Notes: generated by a model from the sequence alone, not told the origin. DNA of 64,000 bases from an uncultured Lachnospiraceae bacterium (GCA_944381615.1 CALWLT010000039.1:34278-98277); one strand, 5' to 3'. Positions 1 through 9,765 are shown, counted from the first letter of the stretch. Numbers and translations: made by a program.

Positions 1-404
1 GGGATCACAACCGCGTCATTTAAAAAGCGGTCCGGCTTTACGGAAAGCGCGTTTACCGCCTGGCGCATCGCCTCGTAGGTGGCCTGCAGGATGTTGATCT
101 CGTCGATGCGCTCCGGGCTCGCCATCCCGATGCCGTAGCAGACGGCCTTCTCTGTAATTTCGCCGTAAAGCGCCTCCCTGCGGGCGGCGGAGAGCTTCTT
201 GGAGTCGTTCAGATAGAGGATCTCGCAGTCTTTGGGCAGAATGACGGCGGCGGCTACGACCGGTCCCGCAAGCGGCCCGCGCCCGGCCTCGTCGATCCCG
301 CACAGAAACGGTTCGGCGGCAAAACGGCGCTCGTATTCGCGCATGGCTTCCAGCCGTTCCCGCTCCTTCTGCAGTTTTTCTCCTGTAAGCGTTCTCCCTG
401 TCAT
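1..404 (-). CDS. rnhB: Ribonuclease HII (3' end runs off the window)
   Basis: Manual translation from the ATG at 404 gives MTGRTL...CGIDEAGRGPLAGPVVAAAVILP...LNDSKKLS...IDEINILQAT, the RNase HII motifs. The ATG overlaps the ylqF stop (ATGA). Not in the ORF track because it has no stop in the window. Confidence 0.95.
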   Translation of the reverse strand, partial: MTGRTLTGEKLQKERERLEAMREYERRFAAEPFLCGIDEAGRGPLAGPVVAAAVILPKDCEILYLNDSKKLSAARREALYGEITEKAVCYGIGMASPERIDEINILQATYEAMRQAVNALSVKPDRFLNDAVVI

Positions 405-1435
405 TTCTCTCTTCTCCTGTCCGGCCGCCTGCCCCGGTTCTGACTTGCGCCCGGATTTGGGCGCGCTGTCCGCTTCGGCTGTTCATTTCGCTTCGGTTTC
501 TCATCCGGATCCGGGCGCGCCATCCGCGTGTGCTGTCCTGCCTCTTCTGGCGTCTCCAGCGTAATGCGCCCCAGGCGCCCGGCCCGGAAATCGTCGAGAA
601 GGAGCGCGGCCGCCTTTCTGGTATCCAGCTCCTGCCCCTTTAACAGGCAGCCCCGGGCGCGGGCAATTTCGCTGAGAATTTCCGCCGCCCGGCCGGCGTC
701 CGGGCCTTCTTTTTCGTCGCCTTTCCCGTCCGCTTCCCGCTCCGGCCCGGCCCCGATCCCGTAGCGCTCACAGAGCGCCTGCGGGTAGCGGGCGTCAAGG
801 AAGGCAATCAGCTCCAGCGCCAGCTCCTCCCGGTCGAGAATCTCGTCATTGACGGAACCGATCAGCGCCAGATGAAGCCCCGTCTGCGGATCCTCGAAGC
901 GGGGCCAGAGAATGCCCGGCGTATCGAGCAGCTCCAGCGTTTTATTCAGGCGGATCCACTGGTTCCCTTTCGTCACGCCCGGCCGGTTTCCCGTCTTGGC
1001 GCAGGCCCGGCCGGCGAAGGAATTGATAAAGGAGGATTTTCCCACGTTGGGGATTCCGACGACCATGGTGCGGATCGGGCGGTTCTGGATCCCCCGCTTC
1101 CGGTCGCGCTCGAGCTTCGCCTGACAGACCTGCTGGATCAGCGGCGTAAGCTGCTTCAGGCCCGCGCCGCTGCGGGCGTTGACCTCGACGGCCGGAATGC
1201 CTTCGGCGGCAAAGTATGCGATCCAGCGCTGATTCTTTGTCTCGTCGGCCAGATCGGCCTTGTTGAGAAGAAGAAGGCGGCTCTTGCCGGCAGCCAGCTC
1301 GTCGATGTCAGGGTTGCGGCTTTCCAGCGGCATTCTGGCATCCACCAGCTCGATGACCAGATCGATCAGCTTCATGTCCTCCTTCATGGCCCGTCTGGCC
1401 TTCGTCATATGGCCCGGATACCACTGTATCTGCAT
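401..1435 (-). CDS. ylqF: Ribosome biogenesis GTPase YlqF/RbgA
   Basis: MQIQWYPGHM N-terminus, DARMP, NKADL, GIPNVGKSS, DTPGILWP; charged low-complexity C-terminal tail. Confidence 0.97.
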   Translation of the reverse strand: MQIQWYPGHMTKARRAMKEDMKLIDLVIELVDARMPLESRNPDIDELAAGKSRLLLLNKADLADETKNQRWIAYFAAEGIPAVEVNARSGAGLKQLTPLIQQVCQAKLERDRKRGIQNRPIRTMVVGIPNVGKSSFINSFAGRACAKTGNRPGVTKGNQWIRLNKTLELLDTPGILWPRFEDPQTGLHLALIGSVNDEILDREELALELIAFLDARYPQALCERYGIGAGPEREADGKGDEKEGPDAGRAAEILSEIARARGCLLKGQELDTRKAAALLLDDFRAGRLGRITLETPEEAGQHTRMARPDPDEKPKRNEQPKRTARPNPGASQNRGRRPDRRREK

Positions 1436-1448
1436 CCCGCACTCCTCC

Positions 1449-1991
1449 TTATGAATGAATCAGTCCAAACCGGGACAGCGGCTGAATCCGCAGCCATACC
1501 TTTCCCCGGATTTGCTGTTTTTTAACATTTCCCACGTTGGCGAAACGGCTGTCCTCGCTGCCCGCCCGGTTGTCCCCCAGAAGAAAATATTCATCGTCTC
1601 CCAGAAGGATCGGATACTCGGCGAGGCCGGGAAGCCCCGCCTCGTTTAACCCGTCCGGCAGCTCCAGCGCCTGGCCGTCGATGTAGACCAGGCCGCCGGT
1701 AATCTGCACGGTCTCGCCCGGCAGGCCGATGATCCGCTTGATCTGATAGGTTCCCGGCTCTTTTTCAAACACCACGATATCGCAGCGCTTCGGGCTGCCC
1801 AGACGGTAGCTCAGCCGGTTCATGAGGACGACCTCGCCCTGCTGAAGCGCCGGTTCCATCGACTGCCCGGTTACCGTGATCTGCGTTGCCATGGAAAACA
1901 CCACAAACCAGGCGATGGAAATGACCACCGCCACGTCGGCAATCCAGCATACAATCTGCCGCAGCCGGTTCGTCTCCTCTTCCGCTATCAT
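1449..1991 (-). CDS. lepB: Signal peptidase I
   Basis: TM segment, GQSMEP (catalytic Ser), IKRIIGLPGE (catalytic Lys), GDNR..S.DSR; start taken at MIAEEE after a GGAG RBS. Confidence 0.93.
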   Translation of the reverse strand: MIAEEETNRLRQIVCWIADVAVVISIAWFVVFSMATQITVTGQSMEPALQQGEVVLMNRLSYRLGSPKRCDIVVFEKEPGTYQIKRIIGLPGETVQITGGLVYIDGQALELPDGLNEAGLPGLAEYPILLGDDEYFLLGDNRAGSEDSRFANVGNVKKQQIRGKVWLRIQPLSRFGLIHS

Positions 1992-2112
1992 GCGCGCTCC
2001 CTCCTGCCTTCCTGAACGGGAATATCGAAAAAAGGGCCGCCGCCAACCAGGCTTCCTATCATCTGCCTGACTGCGCAGCAGCCCTCTGCTCACAGAACTT
2101 ACTTATCAGCTC

Positions 2113-2460
2113 TTATTTAACCAGCTCTTTTACCTTGGCAGCCTTTCCGACTCTCGTTCTCAGGTAATTCAGCTTCGCTCTTCTTACTTTACCTCTTCTC
2201 ACGACTTCAATCTTCTCGACGAAGGGGGAGTGTAACGGCCAGGTCTTCTCGACGCCGACGCCGTTGGAATTCTTGCGGACGGTAAAGGTCTCTCTCACGC
2301 TGCCGTTCTGTCTCTTGATTACGGTTCCCTCAAATACCTGGATTCTCTCGCGGTTGCCCTCGCGGATCTTGGCGGAAACGCGTACCGTATCGCCGACATG
2401 GAACTCCGGAACCGACTCCTTCAGCTGAGCTGCTTCAATCTGTCTGATCATTTCGTTCAT
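2113..2460 (-). CDS. rplS: 50S ribosomal protein L19
   Basis: [38 protein letters not shown]. Confidence 0.99.
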   Translation of the reverse strand: MNEMIRQIEAAQLKESVPEFHVGDTVRVSAKIREGNRERIQVFEGTVIKRQNGSVRETFTVRKNSNGVGVEKTWPLHSPFVEKIEVVRRGKVRRAKLNYLRTRVGKAAKVKELVK

Positions 2461-2486
2461 CGCAGTGAACCTCCTTTAAAATCTTT

Positions 2487-2521
2487 GATGTTCTTAATAC
2501 GCGCCGTAACAGAGGAACATC
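2487..2521 (-). promoter_or_regulatory. L19 leader-like autoregulatory hairpin
   Basis: GATGTTC...GAACATC stem enclosing CTCTGTTACGGC, lying between the promoter and the rplS RBS; resembles the Firmicute L19 leader as recalled. Confidence 0.65.
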
Positions 2522-2541
2522 TCTTTATTTCACAGTTTCTT

Positions 2542-2570
2542 ATCGTACCATAAAACGCCTGCGGTTGCAA
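2542..2570 (-). promoter_or_regulatory. SigA-type promoter of rplS
   Basis: TTGCAA-17 nt-TACGAT with an extended -10 TG. Confidence 0.7.
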
Positions 2571-2576
2571 GGACTT

Positions 2577-2624
2577 TTTACTGTAAATCCGTTTTTCCGG
2601 TTTACTGTAAATCCGTTTTTCCGG
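2577..2624. repeat. Perfect 24-bp tandem duplication spanning the trmD stop codon
   Basis: TTTACTGTAAATCCGTTTTTCCGG occurs at 2577-2600 and 2601-2624. Confidence 0.95.
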
Positions 2625-3396
2625 CATCCGGCCCGTCTTCCGGCCGCGCCGTTTCTTCCCGTGCGATCGCTTCCCTCAGCGCTTCCAGATACGCCTGCTC
2701 CTTTGGCGCAAGAACCGCGTCCTCTAAGAGATCGGGCCGCCGCCTCAGCGTGCGCTCGATGGAGCGCTCGCGCCGCCAGGCGTCGATCTTCTGATGATGG
2801 CCGGACAACAGCACCGGCGGCACCGTGAGACCGCGGAAATTTTCCGGCCGCGTGTACTGGGGATATTCCAGCAGATTGTCGTGAAACGACTCAAATTCCG
2901 CAGAGCTCTCATTATTTAAAACGCCGGGCACCAGGCGGGAAACGCAGTCGATGAGAACCATGGCCGGCAGCTCCCCGCCGGTCAGAACGTAATCGCCGAT
3001 GGAGAGATAGTCCGTGACGATCAGCTCCAGCGCCCGCTCGTCGATCCCCTCGTAATGCCCGCAGAGCAGGACCAGATCCTCCTCTTTAGCCAGATCTTCT
3101 GCAATCTTCTGATTCAGGACGCGGCCCTGCGGCGTCAGGTAAATGACGCGCGGGCGTTTGCCCGTGCGGGCCGCCAGCGCCTCGTAGGCGTCGCAGACCG
3201 GCCCCGGCTGCATGACCATGCCGGCCCCGCCGCCGTACGGATAATCGTCCACATGGCGGTGTTTGTCCTGCGAGTAATCGCGGATGTTGATCGCGTCCAC
3301 GGAAATCAGCCCCTTTTCCATGGCGCGCCCCGTGATGCTGGTGTTTAAGCCGCCCAAAACCATCTCCGGAAACAGGGTAAGAATGTGAAAATGCAT
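2602..3396 (-). CDS. trmD: tRNA (guanine-N1)-methyltransferase
   Basis: VDDYPYGGGAGMVM, CGHYEGIDER, SIGDYVLTGGE, LEYPQYTRP. Confidence 0.99.
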   Translation of the reverse strand: MHFHILTLFPEMVLGGLNTSITGRAMEKGLISVDAINIRDYSQDKHRHVDDYPYGGGAGMVMQPGPVCDAYEALAARTGKRPRVIYLTPQGRVLNQKIAEDLAKEEDLVLLCGHYEGIDERALELIVTDYLSIGDYVLTGGELPAMVLIDCVSRLVPGVLNNESSAEFESFHDNLLEYPQYTRPENFRGLTVPPVLLSGHHQKIDAWRRERSIERTLRRRPDLLEDAVLAPKEQAYLEALREAIAREETARPEDGPDAGKTDLQ

Positions 3397-3417
3397 CGCG
3401 CTCTCCTTTTTCTCCGG

Positions 3418-3930
3418 CTACAGATCCAAAAGCCCGTCCAGGATGTGAACCGTGACCGTCTTCTCCGGAAGGCTGACCGAGCGGACGCAGTCCCGGATAA
3501 ACGGGAACAGGTATTCCTTTTCGTCCGCGCCCGCAATGACAAGGACGTCGTTGGCGCCCGTCTGCATCACGTCGCGGACGGTCCCGAAACAGGTCCCCTC
3601 GTCGGTTACGACCCGCAGCCCGATCAGATCGGCGATGAAATATTCGTCCTCGGACAGCTCGACGGCCTGATCGCGGGTCACAAGCAGATCGCGGCCGCGA
3701 AAGGCCTCGCTCTTTTCGATGGAATCGGATTCCTGAAAGCGGAGGATGACCATGTTTTTGGAAAACTTGGCCTGTGTGACCGTGACCGGAATCCTCTCCC
3801 GCCCCAGATCGATCCAGGCCTTTTTAAGCTTTTTAAAACGGGCGGGGTCGTCGGTGGTCGGATAAACGCGTACCTCGCCGTGCAGCCCGTGGGGCGCCGT
3901 AATGACCCCGACTCTCAGATACTGCTCCAT
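3418..3930 (-). CDS. rimM: 16S rRNA processing protein RimM
   Basis: VG.I..PHGLHGEVRV, EYFIADLIGL.V, GANDV; conserved rpsP-khpA-rimM-trmD order. Confidence 0.97.
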   Translation of the reverse strand: MEQYLRVGVITAPHGLHGEVRVYPTTDDPARFKKLKKAWIDLGRERIPVTVTQAKFSKNMVILRFQESDSIEKSEAFRGRDLLVTRDQAVELSEDEYFIADLIGLRVVTDEGTCFGTVRDVMQTGANDVLVIAGADEKEYLFPFIRDCVRSVSLPEKTVTVHILDGLLDL

Positions 3931-3961
3931 CTCTGTCTCCTGTCTTTTCTGCACACAAAAG

Positions 3962-4002
3962 AAAAAAGCGCCGCCGGCCGGTAACCCGGCGCCTGCGGCG
4001 CT
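3962..4002 (-). terminator. Intrinsic terminator after khpA
   Basis: AGCGCCGC...GCGGCGCT stem followed by a T-run on the minus strand. Confidence 0.65.
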
Positions 4003-4007
4003 CTCCT

Positions 4008-4235
4008 CTACTGAATCTCAACGACGACCTTCTTGTCCTCCCGGGAAGCGGCGGCCTTGACAACCGCGCGGATCGCCTTGGCGATGCGTCCCTGCTTGCC
4101 GATGACCTTCCCCATATCGGAGGGGGCGACCTTCAGCTCGATGACAAGCTCGTCATTTTTTACCGATTCCGTAACAGCCACTTCGTCCGGATTTTCAACC
4201 AATGCTTTTGCGATTACTTCAACTAATTCCTTCAT
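4008..4235 (-). CDS. khpA: KH-domain RNA-binding protein
   Basis: DMGKVIGKQGRIAKAIR GxxG KH motif; lies downstream of rpsP. Confidence 0.95.
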   Translation of the reverse strand: MKELVEVIAKALVENPDEVAVTESVKNDELVIELKVAPSDMGKVIGKQGRIAKAIRAVVKAAASREDKKVVVEIQ

Positions 4236-4259
4236 ATCACACCTCACGGATCAGGCTGT

Positions 4260-4499
4260 TTACTGAATACCGGCAATCTTTAAAAGCTTTCCGACGGTTG
4301 CGGTCGGCTGAGCGCCTGTCTCCAGCCACTTTCTGGCCGCCTCCTCGTTGACCTTGATCGTGCTGGGCTCCGTGTTGGGATCATAGTAGCCGATCTCCTC
4401 GATGAATCTTCCGTCTCTCGGGGATCTGGAATCAGCGACAACAATTCTATAGAAAGGCGCCTTCTTCTGGCCCATTCTTCTCAGTCTCATCTTTACCAT
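4260..4499 (-). CDS. rpsP: 30S ribosomal protein S16
   Basis: [39 protein letters not shown]. Confidence 0.99.
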   Translation of the reverse strand: MVKMRLRRMGQKKAPFYRIVVADSRSPRDGRFIEEIGYYDPNTEPSTIKVNEEAARKWLETGAQPTATVGKLLKIAGIQ

Positions 4500-4592
4500 G
4501 TTTGATTCACCTCCTTAACGCAGATTTTTTATAGCTAATGCGCCGGCAGAGCCGTGCATCATACTAACAAAACAAACTCCGGGCGCTTCCCG

Positions 4593-5954
4593 TCAGAAGG
4601 GAAGCTTCATCCGGCCGAGCATCCCGCCGGGGAGTCCCAGGCCGCGCTTTCTGCCGCCCATGGAAGAAAGCTGCTTCATCATCTTCTTCATCTCTCCGAA
4701 CTGCTTGACCAGCCGGTTGACCTCGGCGATATCCACGCCGGCCCCCCGGGCAATCCGCTTCTTGCGGGACGGGTTCATCAGGTCGGGGTTGCGCCGCTCT
4801 TCCGGCGTCATCGAATGGATGATTGCCTCCACCCGGTTCATGGATTTCTCATTTTCCTCGAGATTTAAGCCTTTCAGCTGCCCCATCCCCGGCATCATGC
4901 CGAGAATGCTGGCCATGCCTCCCATCTTCCGGATCTGGCTCATCTGTTCCAGGAAATCCTCATAGTCGAATTCCGCCTTCTTCAGCTTGCGGCCCAGCTC
5001 TTTTGCCTTCTCCTCGTCGATGACGGAGGCCGCCTTGTCGATGATGGAGAGGACGTCTCCCATGCCGAGGATGCGGGAGGCCATGCGATCCGGATAAAAC
5101 GGCTCCAGATCCGAGAGCTTCTCTCCCATGCCGACGTAGAGGATCGGACGGCCGGTTACCGCCCGGATCGAGAGCGCCGCGCCGCCGCGCGTATCGCCGT
5201 CCATCTTGGTCAGGATCACGCCGTCGATGCCGATCTTGTCGTTGAACATGCCGGCCACGTTGACCGCGTCCTGTCCCGTCATGGCGTCGACCACGAGAAG
5301 CGTCTGCGCGACGTCCACGTTCTCCTTGATCTCCACCAGCTCCTCCATCATCTCCTCATCGATGTGAAGGCGGCCGGCCGTATCCAGGATGACGACGTTG
5401 CAGCCGTTCTTGGCGGCGTGTTCCACGGCAGCCCGCGCGATATGGACCGGCTTGTGTCCGGTTCCCATGGAAAAAACGGGAACCTCCTGCTTTTCGCCGT
5501 TGCGGATCAGCTGTTCGATGGCGGCGGGCCGGTAGATATCGCAGGCCGCGAGCAGCGGTTTCCTGCCCTTGGCCTTCAGTTTGCCGGCGATCTTGGCCGC
5601 CGTCGTCGTCTTGCCGGCGCCCTGGAGGCCAACCATCATGAGGATGGTAATCTCGTTCGCCGGTTTCAGGGCAATCTCCGTCATCTCCGAGCCCATCAGC
5701 CGGATCAGCTCTTCATTGACAATCTTTATGACCATCTGCCCCGGGTTCAGGCCGTTTAACACGTCGGTTCCCACCGCCCGTTCCTGGACAGAACTGATAA
5801 ACTGTTTTACTACCTTAAAGCTGACGTCCGCCTCCAGAAGCGCCATCTTGACTTCCTTGAGCCCCGCTTTCACGTCGCTCTCCGTCAGCCGTCCCTTTCC
5901 CGTCAGGTTCTTGAAAATATTCTGAAGCTTGTCAGCCAGGCTTTCAAATGCCAT
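4593..5954 (-). CDS. ffh: Signal recognition particle protein Ffh
   Basis: GLQGAGKTT, DTAGR, TKMDGD.RGG, Met-rich M domain with SRKKRIARG. Confidence 0.99.
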   Translation of the reverse strand: MAFESLADKLQNIFKNLTGKGRLTESDVKAGLKEVKMALLEADVSFKVVKQFISSVQERAVGTDVLNGLNPGQMVIKIVNEELIRLMGSEMTEIALKPANEITILMMVGLQGAGKTTTAAKIAGKLKAKGRKPLLAACDIYRPAAIEQLIRNGEKQEVPVFSMGTGHKPVHIARAAVEHAAKNGCNVVILDTAGRLHIDEEMMEELVEIKENVDVAQTLLVVDAMTGQDAVNVAGMFNDKIGIDGVILTKMDGDTRGGAALSIRAVTGRPILYVGMGEKLSDLEPFYPDRMASRILGMGDVLSIIDKAASVIDEEKAKELGRKLKKAEFDYEDFLEQMSQIRKMGGMASILGMMPGMGQLKGLNLEENEKSMNRVEAIIHSMTPEERRNPDLMNPSRKKRIARGAGVDIAEVNRLVKQFGEMKKMMKQLSSMGGRKRGLGLPGGMLGRMKLPF

Positions 5955-5969
5955 GCAAACCCTCCCGTC

Positions 5970-6311
5970 TCACAGTTCCAGTATCTCATTGGAAAGCCGT
6001 TCAATCTCCCGGATCAGCGCCGGATCCGAGGTCCGGGAAAATTCCCCGCTCAGCCGGTGGATCTCCTCCACCCGCTTCTTCGTCCCGTAAAACCGGGCGA
6101 CCAGTCCCAGCTTTTCCTCATATCCCTGCAAAAGCCGGTCGCAGCGGCGGATCAGATCGTGGACGCCCTGGCGGCTGATCCCCTGTTCCTTCGCGATCTC
6201 GCTCAGCGAATAATCCCGCAGCACGACATCTTCGTAGACCGCCCGCTGATGGTCGGTCAGGAGTTCGCCGTAAAAATCATACAGAAGCCCCTGCTCCACA
6301 ATCTTTTCCAT
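5970..6311 (-). CDS. ylxM: YlxM/p13 family putative SRP-associated HTH protein
   Basis: LYDFYG.LLT..Q, DYSLSEIA...ISRQGVHD, YEEKL; immediately upstream of ffh. Confidence 0.93.
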   Translation of the reverse strand: MEKIVEQGLLYDFYGELLTDHQRAVYEDVVLRDYSLSEIAKEQGISRQGVHDLIRRCDRLLQGYEEKLGLVARFYGTKKRVEEIHRLSGEFSRTSDPALIREIERLSNEILEL

Positions 6312-6327
6312 TTTCATCACCTGTGCT

Positions 6328-6356
6328 ATCATACACGATTCGCGCCGGGGTGTCAA
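6328..6356 (-). promoter_or_regulatory. SigA-type promoter of ylxM-ffh
   Basis: TTGACA-17 nt-TATGAT. Confidence 0.8.
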
Positions 6357-6377
6357 GCTTTTTTTCTTTACACCCCG

Positions 6378-6440
6378 GCGTATTCTTTTCAAGGGACGGC
6401 GCTTTCTTTTCAGACGGCAGCGTTTTCTTTTCAGGCGACG
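6378..6440. repeat. Three degenerate 21-bp tandem units spanning the MATE stop codon
   Basis: GCGTATTCTTTTCAAGGGACG / GCGCTTTCTTTTCAGACGGCA / GCGTTTTCTTTTCAGGCGACG; each carries an in-frame minus-strand TGA. Confidence 0.85.
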
Positions 6441-7789
6441 GCGCCGTCCTCTTTCGGAAGCCGGCGGCGGCCGTGTTCATAGCAGATGATGTGCGCGATC
6501 GCCGTGACGGCCCAGGAGACCGGATAGGACAGATAGAGGACAAACAGCGTGCGCTCCATGGCAAAGATCGTAAAAATCCAGATCACGCGCAGGCCGCAGG
6601 CCCCGGTCAGAGAGACGATCGTCGGCAGGATGGAATATCCCATTCCGCGCAGGCTGCCGACCATGGTGTCCATAATGCCGCACAGGAAATAGGTCGTGCA
6701 GATGATCGACATCCGGCGCAGGCCGTAGGCGATGACCTCCGGATCCTCCGAGTAAATGTGAAGCAGCATCGGACCGTTCAGGATCGCCGCCATGCCCAGC
6801 ACAAGGCCGACGCAGACGACCGTACACTGGCACGTCAGGAGGATGCGGTTGATCCGCGTGTACTTCTTCGCGCCGATGTTCTGGCTGGTAAAGCTTAAAT
6901 TCGTCTGATAGAGCGCGTTCATCGACGCGTAGACGAAGTTTTCGATGTTCTGGGACGCCGTATTGCCCGCCATGGCGATCGAGCCGAAGGAGTTGACCGA
7001 GGACTGGATCAGCACGTTGGAGGAGGCGAAGATCGCGCCCTGCACGCCGGCCGGAAGCCCGACCTGGAGGATCATCTGGAACTTGCGGCGGTCAATCCGC
7101 AGCCGGCGCAGATCCAGATGAAGCGCGCCCTCCGAGCGGATCAGGCAGCGCAGGACCAGAACGGCGGAAATACACTGCGAAATAACGGTGGCGAGGGCGA
7201 CGCCGGCCACATCCATGTGAAACTGGATCACGAACACCAGGTTCAGGCAGGCGTTGATCACGCCGGCGACGGTCAGGAAGTAGAGCGGGCGTCTGGTATC
7301 GCCGACGGCCCGCAGGATGGCGCTCCCGAAGTTATAGGCCATCGTCGCCGGCATCCCGGCGAAATAAATGCTCATGTAAAGGACGGCCAGATCGATGACG
7401 TCGTCCGGCGTTCCCATTAACTCCAGCCAGAAACGGGAGGTAAGAACGCCCACGAAGACCAGAATGACTCCGCTTACCAGGCTGACGGTAATCGCCGTGT
7501 GGATGGTGTCGCTCATGTCGCGGTCGTTTCGGGCCCCGTAATAGCGGGAAACCAGCACGTTGGCGCCGATGGAAAGGCCGATAAAGACGTTGATCAGCAG
7601 ATTGATCAGCGACGTGGTGGAACCGACGGCCGCCAGCGACTGGCTGCCGGCAAAACGCCCCACGACAATGACGTCTGCCGCGTTAAAAAGAAGCTGCAGA
7701 ACACCGGAAAGCATCAGCGGAAATGAATAAGCCAGCACCTTTTTCAGAATCGGTCCGTTGCAGAGATCCATCTCATACGACTTTTTCAT
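6431..7789 (-). CDS. MATE family efflux transporter
   Basis: About 12 TM segments; LQLLFNAADVIVVG.F.G..SLAAVG, ILRAVGDTRRPL, two-fold internal repeat. Confidence 0.95.
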   Translation of the reverse strand: MKKSYEMDLCNGPILKKVLAYSFPLMLSGVLQLLFNAADVIVVGRFAGSQSLAAVGSTTSLINLLINVFIGLSIGANVLVSRYYGARNDRDMSDTIHTAITVSLVSGVILVFVGVLTSRFWLELMGTPDDVIDLAVLYMSIYFAGMPATMAYNFGSAILRAVGDTRRPLYFLTVAGVINACLNLVFVIQFHMDVAGVALATVISQCISAVLVLRCLIRSEGALHLDLRRLRIDRRKFQMILQVGLPAGVQGAIFASSNVLIQSSVNSFGSIAMAGNTASQNIENFVYASMNALYQTNLSFTSQNIGAKKYTRINRILLTCQCTVVCVGLVLGMAAILNGPMLLHIYSEDPEVIAYGLRRMSIICTTYFLCGIMDTMVGSLRGMGYSILPTIVSLTGACGLRVIWIFTIFAMERTLFVLYLSYPVSWAVTAIAHIICYEHGRRRLPKEDGAVA

Positions 7790-7889
7790 ATTCTCTTTTC
7801 CTCTCATCCGTCCTTTTCTCCGCCGCGCGGGGTTTGTATGGCTCTTATTCTACTGCGCCGCGCCGCCGTTTTCAAGCGTTGCTTTTACA

Positions 7890-8414
7890 TTAATTTACAT
7901 TTTTTTTACGTTTTTTTGTGTCTTTTGCCTTTGCCCTGTTTTTTCTGACAGGGCGGGGATTTTCTGCCGGCCGGCAGGAAAGAAACAGCACCGCCGCCGC
8001 GTACCAGTAAAGATCCTCTTCAAACCAGGCGGCTTTGGTTTCTTCTGCGGGCGCTGTGACGCCGGCTTTTTCAAGCAGCGCGAACATCTCCTCTTTGATC
8101 CCCGAAATCAGGCTCTCGCAGGGGCGAAGCTTGGCTTTTAAGTCGTCCCGCTCCGCCTCGTAAAACGCCGGATCCATCCATTCGCTGCGGCGCCGTTCCC
8201 GATCTGCCATAAACAATAAGAAAAGGCCGTCCCAGGACTCCAGGGCAAATAACGCCTCGTCCGGGTCGGCCTCTCTTCTCTTCTGTTTCCAGTCTGTCTG
8301 CCAGGTCTGTGCCCCCTGGTGCGGCCACGAAATCAGGGCCGCTCTGCTGCCGGCAATGCGGCGGCACAGCCGGTCGGCCGTCCGGTAAAGCGCTTTTCTG
8401 CGGGTCAGGCTCAT
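7890..8414 (-). CDS. Hypothetical protein with Lys-rich C-terminus
   Basis: Strong RBS (AAAGGAGG) before ATG 8414; extended -10 TGgTATAAT upstream; no recognisable motif. Confidence 0.65.
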   Translation of the reverse strand: MSLTRRKALYRTADRLCRRIAGSRAALISWPHQGAQTWQTDWKQKRREADPDEALFALESWDGLFLLFMADRERRRSEWMDPAFYEAERDDLKAKLRPCESLISGIKEEMFALLEKAGVTAPAEETKAAWFEEDLYWYAAAVLFLSCRPAENPRPVRKNRAKAKDTKKRKKNVN

Positions 8415-8540
8415 AATATCCCTCCTTTCGCTGCGGTTTTGTTTCCTGTTTCTATCTTTATTATACCATGACCGCCTGTCATGCGGATCCGCAAAATCCC
8501 CTGCCCGAAAAGACAGAGTCGTCATTGCCGCCGGTTTTTC

Positions 8541-8568
8541 TTGACATTTCTGCCGCGCTTTCTACAAT
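8541..8568 (+). promoter_or_regulatory. SigA-type promoter of the M24 peptidase
   Basis: TTGACA-16 nt-TACAAT. Confidence 0.7.
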
Positions 8569-8640
8569 GAAGATAGGACTGCGCGGGAACGCGGTTCCCG
8601 TGCAGGCAGGAAAACATGTCTTACGAAAGGAAGGGTATCC

Positions 8641-9720
8641 ATGAACACGCAGCGACTTGAATCGATTCTGCAGAAACTGGAAAAACAAAATCTCTCGCAG
8701 ATGATCATCTCGGATCCCGCCGCGATCTTTTATCTGACCGGGCGCTACATCGACCCGGGCGAACGGCTCTATGCGCTCTACATCAGCCGTTCGGGAAAGA
8801 ACCGGATTTTTATCAACAATCTGTTTACGGTACCGGAGGATCTGGGCGTGGAAAAAGTCCGCTTTTCCGATACGGACGATTCGATCGGTCTTCTCTGCGG
8901 GGCGGTGGAAAAAGGGATCCCGCTGGGGATTGACAAGATCTTCCCGGCGCGGTTTTTGCTGCCGGTCATCGAGCGCTCCGGCGCTTCGGCGTTTCAGTTA
9001 AGCTCCATCTGCGTAGACGAAGCCCGGGCCTGCAAGGACGAGGCGGAGCGGGAGCTCATGCGGGAGGCGTCCCGGCTCAACGACCGGGCGATGGCGCGGT
9101 TCCGCGGCCTGATCCGCGAGGGCGTTACCGAGGAAGCGATCGCCGCGCAGATGGCGGACATCTACCGCGAACTGGGCGTCGACGGCTGTTCCTTTGAACC
9201 GCTGGTCGGCTTTGGCGCCAACTGCGCGAACGGCCATCACGCGCCGGGAAAGACCGTGTTAAAGCCCGGCGACACGGTGCTGTTCGACGTGGGCTGCAAA
9301 AAGAACGGGTACTGCGCGGATATGACCCGTACCTTTTTCTATAAAAAAGTCCCCTCCGAAAAGCACCGTCAGATTTACGAGACGGTGCGCCGCGCCAACG
9401 AGGCGGCGGAAGCGATTCTGAAGCCGGGCGTGCCGCTCTGCGAGATAGACCGGGCCGCCCGCCGCATCATCGAGGAGGCGGGATACGGTCCCAACTTTAC
9501 GCACCGCCTCGGCCACTTCATCGGCCTGGAGGTGCATGATTACGGGGACGTCTCCGAGACGGCCACGGCGGTGGCCGAGCCCGGCAATATTTTCTCCATC
9601 GAGCCGGGAATCTATGTGGAAGGCGAGGTCGGCGTACGCATCGAAGATCTGGTGCTGATTACCGAGGACGGCTGCGAGATCCTCAATTCCTACAGCAAAG
9701 AACTGGACATTGTAGAATAG
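8641..9720 (+). CDS. Xaa-Pro aminopeptidase/dipeptidase (M24 family)
   Basis: Creatinase-like N domain; metal ligands in FDVG, ADMTRT, HRLGHFIG, SIEPG, RIED. Confidence 0.95.
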   Translation: MNTQRLESILQKLEKQNLSQMIISDPAAIFYLTGRYIDPGERLYALYISRSGKNRIFINNLFTVPEDLGVEKVRFSDTDDSIGLLCGAVEKGIPLGIDKIFPARFLLPVIERSGASAFQLSSICVDEARACKDEAERELMREASRLNDRAMARFRGLIREGVTEEAIAAQMADIYRELGVDGCSFEPLVGFGANCANGHHAPGKTVLKPGDTVLFDVGCKKNGYCADMTRTFFYKKVPSEKHRQIYETVRRANEAAEAILKPGVPLCEIDRAARRIIEEAGYGPNFTHRLGHFIGLEVHDYGDVSETATAVAEPGNIFSIEPGIYVEGEVGVRIEDLVLITEDGCEILNSYSKELDIVE

Positions 9721-9765
9721 GCGGCTTACAGACCAAAAACAGAACCGTCCGCAGCCGCCGGGCAG

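Noticed and set aside
4500-4592. Possible SRP RNA or other ncRNA beside ffh
   Set aside because: The gap is too short and lacks the SRP domain IV GGAA-loop motif.
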